Origin: Anolis carolinensis
Taxonomy: Eukaryota
Direction of reading: 5' to 3'
Length of the DNA stretch: 64,000 nt
NCBI RefSeq assembly: GCF_035594765.1
Contig: NC_085846.1
Span: 11,519,190-11,583,189 of the forward strand
Below, in pieces: positions 59,397 to 64,000 of this stretch. The number at the start of each line of letters is the position of its first letter. Position 1 is the stretch's first letter. The position numbers and the translations under genes are program-made. The notes under the pieces are model-generated. The model did not search any database. It saw only the letters and a list, made by a program, of their open reading frames with translations, and was not told the origin of the DNA.

Positions 59397-62300
59397 TAGC
59401 AGTCCTCTTCCAGTGTTTTCAACAGCCTATGAAGACCTACTGTGTGAACTGGCACAAGAAAACTGGCTAATGTCCCAACTAATGAGCAATGGACCATGTT
59501 TCAATGCCAAGTTAAATCAGTGTGTGACATTTAAAGTCGTAGAACAAATGTTGTTAAACCTCACAGAGTAAATAATTGTTCGAATTGTTGTCAATTGTTA
59601 GCTGCTCTGAATCCCTCTATGAAGGAGAGAGGGCGGGATACAAAAAAGTAAATAGAATAAATAAATAAAACTATTGCTGCTTTACAATGCACTGTATTTA
59701 ATTAAACTTCTTTCTCCATGATCTAACATGGCCAGGTATAGCAATTGTATATTTATTCGTCTGATATCTTTCTAAGTTATGTTATGCAGGTCGTTAACTA
59801 TGGACTCCAGTCTTCATCATGGCGCACTGAATGTGTTCTGAACTGGTCAAATAAAACATTTGAAAGGGCCAAGTTCCCTTTCTGGTGTAATAAACATATG
59901 TCTGTTAAAAGATATTTCAGATTTTTGGGTGACATAAAAGGGTTGAAATTGACCCTTGATGTCTTAAAGGCAGTGGATTGTTGTTGGTTTGAACTTGGCA
60001 CATAATTCATATAAAGAGAGGAAAAGATAACTTGCTATTCTCTTACTCTCCTTTCAAGCTTATGGGTGGAGAATGATTCTAAACTAGATTGATTAATGTT
60101 GAGAACATGAAACCAGGAGGTGGTAGGAAATACCTCATTTTGATCCAGGGTGGATGGGTGTGATCCCAGGTATGTTCCAGCCCCAAACCTGGGATTAATA
60201 AATTAAAATAGGTCTTTTGAGAGCATGGATTAGGTTCCTACATTTGGAAATAAGCTAGAGAGTGAAAGAAAGAGGGAAGCAGAGACTCAAAACTGCATTT
60301 AAGTTTGGGGTTGCATCCAAAACTTCAAGAAGAAGATGAATCTTTCATCAAGTACAGTTGTCCATAGTAAAGTCCAGGTGGAGCAGATGAACTTGTTTCT
60401 ATTCAAGCTATTTTCCTCCCACTCTCTTGAATGCCTCAGCTATTGCCCTAAAGCTCTAGAACAAATGTCACCCCATTTATAGCCATCCTTCAGACATTCC
60501 AGCAACTTAGATATCCATCAAGATACTCAGTTTCTATCCAGCCTCTGACCACTCCATAAATTGTGCTTAAGCAAACTAGAAGGAAGCCACACAACACATT
60601 GGAGGAGAGAACTTCCCATCAAGTGTTCTTTGCATCATGGAGAAAATGGGATTTCTGAACGCCTGACCTGCAAACACTCTGTTGCTTGTCCTGCCACTGC
60701 CTTCTCTTTGACCTGTTGCAGGCAGCTGTAGTTGAGCACTGGAGAGCAAGTTCTGGAGACATGCTTCCTCCTTTGTATCTGGAACAAGTGTCCCTGATCT
60801 TTGGGATTCTGAGATATATAATCTTATGGAAATGTTTATTTTACATGGTTTTCGGCCAGTTTTAGACCAGGGAAGAGGACCTAGAAGAGGGCTCTGTGGT
60901 AGTTACATGTTTTGCATGCAAAAAGTTCCATGTCTAACCTTGCCCAGGCATCTTCAAGTAGGGCAGCGGAACTGTGGCAAGTTTCTGCCGGTCAGCAAAT
61001 ACAATATTGAGCTAGATGAATAAATGATAAAAATCTGAAAAAGCAACCTTCTGTCTTTAAAGGAGGGGAAGAGCTTGGGAACAATCAGTAGTCGATAGTC
61101 TGCGTTCACACTGAGTGACACTAAGCAGGTTTCAATCTGATAGCATCCAGCTGAGATATTTAGGAATCTATTTGCAAGAAAAAAGCATATATGAATAAAC
61201 CTATTAAGTTCCACCTCCAGTGGTTTTTTCTTTGAGTTCTGTGGTTTTTGTCTGACCCTATGCATATAGTGGGATATAACAGATCAGTGATAGAATTCAT
61301 GATTATCTGAATTTGTGGATAATTCAAACATCTCCCCAAAAATCTTTTTTTTCTGATAGTTGACACTTTATGGTTTTATTGTAATCTAAAGGCATATATT
61401 TTTTTATCAACTCACTTTTCATGAAACTGCTCTTTTGACCATTCTGAATTACAACATATAATTTGATGTGTCATCTGCTTTCAACCATGTACTGCTTCCC
61501 CCCCTCTGACTGAAGTCAGTGCACTGTTTTTTCCCTCTCATGTGACTCAGAACATTGTTTTTCTTCACTCTTAGTCAATGCAGCGGTCTCTTGTATTCAG
61601 TTTTGCATTTGCAAGCATAAAAAGTAAATTCTGCTTTTCAACCATTTCCACTTTTTGAGAGTGTTCTGGTTCCTAACTCAGCAAATAAACAAAGGGTGCT
61701 GTGTAGGCAGTCATAATTCTTACAGTGTCGGGATCCTGAAGTTCACCACTTGAAAAAGATCACTGGAAGTAAGACTTTCTAATAAGAGTTCTTGATTATT
61801 CATTCTCTATTCACTGTGATTTTCTGGGGTTTTATCTTAACCATTTCTTCCTGGCAGTGTACAACTTTGCAGCTGAAGGAACAAGCAAATAACAGAACTT
61901 TCAGTATCAGTAAGTAGAGAATTTGCAGTTGCTACAGGATCGTGCAGTCATCACAATCACAGAGAGATTTTCTGTTTTCAAAAAATACTATCATTGGTGT
62001 GTTGAATTAAAGTAGAAGAAGATGAATTAAAAATAATCATGAATGATCCAGAGTTCAATAGTGGAAGTTGCTACTTCTAGGGCAGAACAGTTTCCCCTTT
62101 GAAATGTAGAAACTGATCTATTTTTAAAAGGCTTTTTTAAAAAAAAAACCACAGCTGTGGTTTTGCAAGAAGGTTTTAAAAACAGTAATTATAGTTTTGG
62201 AATGGCTTCAGTTTTGGTTTTCCTTAATGCAGTGCATAGTTGCTTGTTACAAAATCTGTCCTTTTCTCAAAACTGGAACAGAGCTGGTGTGATTCACTCA

Positions 62301-62649
62301 TCCAGGAATGGGCAACTTGGAGTCTCCAGATATTGTTGGACTGCATTCTCATCATCCCTTGGCCAGCAAAGCCAACAGCATGAGGCAATGGGAGTTTCAG
62401 CCCAATAAGCTCTACAAAGCCATAGGTTTAGGTTTCTTTCTCCAACACTTGTTTCTAACAATATTTCCAAGTATGTGTAATATATGACTGCAGGTTGGTA
62501 ACACCATCCTAGGCATGTTTAATGGAAAGTAAATTTCACTATGCATTCAATTAATCTTTAAAATATATATTTAGGATTGCAGCATTAAATGTACTAGGGG
62601 AAGTATGTGCAGAGAAGAGAAAGCAAATACCAAAGTTGTTGGATTTTCA

Positions 62650-63030
62650 GCGTTTCTCAACATCGGGGTCAGGACCCTTGGGGGAGGTCACCAAAGACCA
62701 TCAGAAAACACTTATTTCTGATATTTCTTAGGAACCCCTTTGGCAGAGAAGACTGACGATCTCTCCACCTGTCCTTCACTTTCTTTTGGAAACAGACAGC
62801 AAATCCTCCCATCAAAAATACTGAAATTTGGGCGTATCAGGTATTTGTGCCAAATTTGGTCCAGTGAATGAAAATGCCTCCTGCATATCAGATATTTACA
62901 TTACAATTCCTAACAGTAGCCAAATTACCATTATGAAAAAGCAACGAAAATAATTTTATGATTGGGGGTCATGACAACACGAGGAACTGTATTAAGGAGT
63001 TGAGGCATTAGGAAGGTTGAGAACCACTGA
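62650..63030. mobile_element. hAT-like non-autonomous DNA transposon; related copy at about 16215-16565
   Basis: Ends cagcgtttctcaac / ggttgagaaccactg; internal sequence shared with 16370-16565. Confidence 0.65.
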
Positions 63031-64000
63031 CAGAAGCTTTTGTTTGCTCTCATCTTAGGGTTTTACTTCCCATAGACTATCAGAAAATGGGTAACAGTGT
63101 CAGCAACAAAGTAACTCAGGAAGCTGGGGTGCCAGGATGTGGACCTATTTCTTCACTCTTCATAAAACTAAAATCTTGGTCTGTAATGTGAGACACTTGG
63201 GTGTGGCTCTCCAGCCTGTCAAACTGGATTTGATGTTGTCTGCCAAAGGAAGCCAAGTGGGATCAGGATTGTGGCCTGGCCAGATTCTGCAGGTTTGGTG
63301 AAACGTGGTCTTGTTGCCTGGAATATCCCATCCTTGTTCTACCTGCCATTCTGTACTGGCCCCTCATTAAGAGTTGTTCCAATTGATTGGCTATGTTATC
63401 TTTCACTTAAAGTATTTCCACATGACCACGAGTGGCTTGTACGTATATAAACTAAATGTTTTAATGACTATTAGCTGGAGATCAAGGCATACCTTTCCCT
63501 TGCCAGAACAGGTTACAGCTGCATTTGGACTGATCCCATTCATGCATGGATCCCAACCCACCAGTAGGAGGCCAGTTCTCAATCTTGAGCTAGATCAACT
63601 AACTCCTCTTTTTAATTATTATGTTTATCAGAAACTTAAGGTGGGGCCCATGACTCTACCTGCTTGTGGCCTCGTGACCTCACGTTAATGTGGAAAGTCT
63701 CCCACAGATTATTTACTATGTATGCCATTGTATATTTACATAATGAAGGGACTGGAATGGGCTGGGGCACCAAAGAAGGCGTGAAGTTTCCTGGTTTGGA
63801 GTATCGGGATTATTATTTGCAGGCTCCCAAGGAGTGGCAAGGAACAGAACTGAGCTGGGATGGACACAAGCAAAGGAGAGCAGTGAAAGGAAGAGAGGAA
63901 AGAGGAGGGTTGGTCAAGACCAGTGGAAGGACAGAAGGAACAGTAGGGTGCTGGAGAACAACATGGGAATAAGACAGTAGCAGGAAGTCTTAACTAAATC

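Noticed and set aside
59800-64000. Expected neighbours of METTL17 (SLC39A2, NDRG2)
   Set aside because: No coding exon recognisable. The last 700 bp could be a neighbouring 3' UTR, but this cannot be supported from the sequence.

Overview
Vertebrate genomic DNA from a squamate reptile. The repeat content (Sauria SINEs, BovB, CR1, Penelope-like fragments, many hAT MITEs) is typical of the green anole, but the species is inferred, not shown. Left to right: (1) 1-4800, the 3' part of a young L1 LINE with one in-frame stop in ORF2. (2) About 4.9-39 kb, an RNase A-superfamily cluster: three intact single-coding-exon genes (12372-12797 minus, very Arg-rich; 24340-24780 plus; 38425-38871 plus, with the catalytic His119 replaced by Arg), one truncated pseudogene (5977-6191), and possibly a much older relic near 32.5-33 kb. 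(3) 41296-59396, a complete 14-coding-exon METTL17 gene (475 aa), matching the mammalian RNase-cluster/METTL17 synteny. (4) Inside METTL17 intron 2, a full-length and apparently very recent Tf1/sushi-type Ty3/Gypsy LTR retrotransposon (43347-49697) with 1154-bp LTRs that look identical, a 5-bp TSD, intact gag and pol, a -1 frameshift signal and a self-priming PBS. The most notable observation is that this element has no chromodomain. Instead pol reads through the PPT and almost all of U3 of the 3' LTR, adding an acidic tail of about 138 aa. The tail contains LRDIFAAPSDEESFEGF, a close match to the LEDGF/p75 IBD-binding (IBM/TIM) motif of host proteins such as CDCA7L/JPO2, which suggests a possibly undescribed host-tethering mechanism for integration into transcribed genes.
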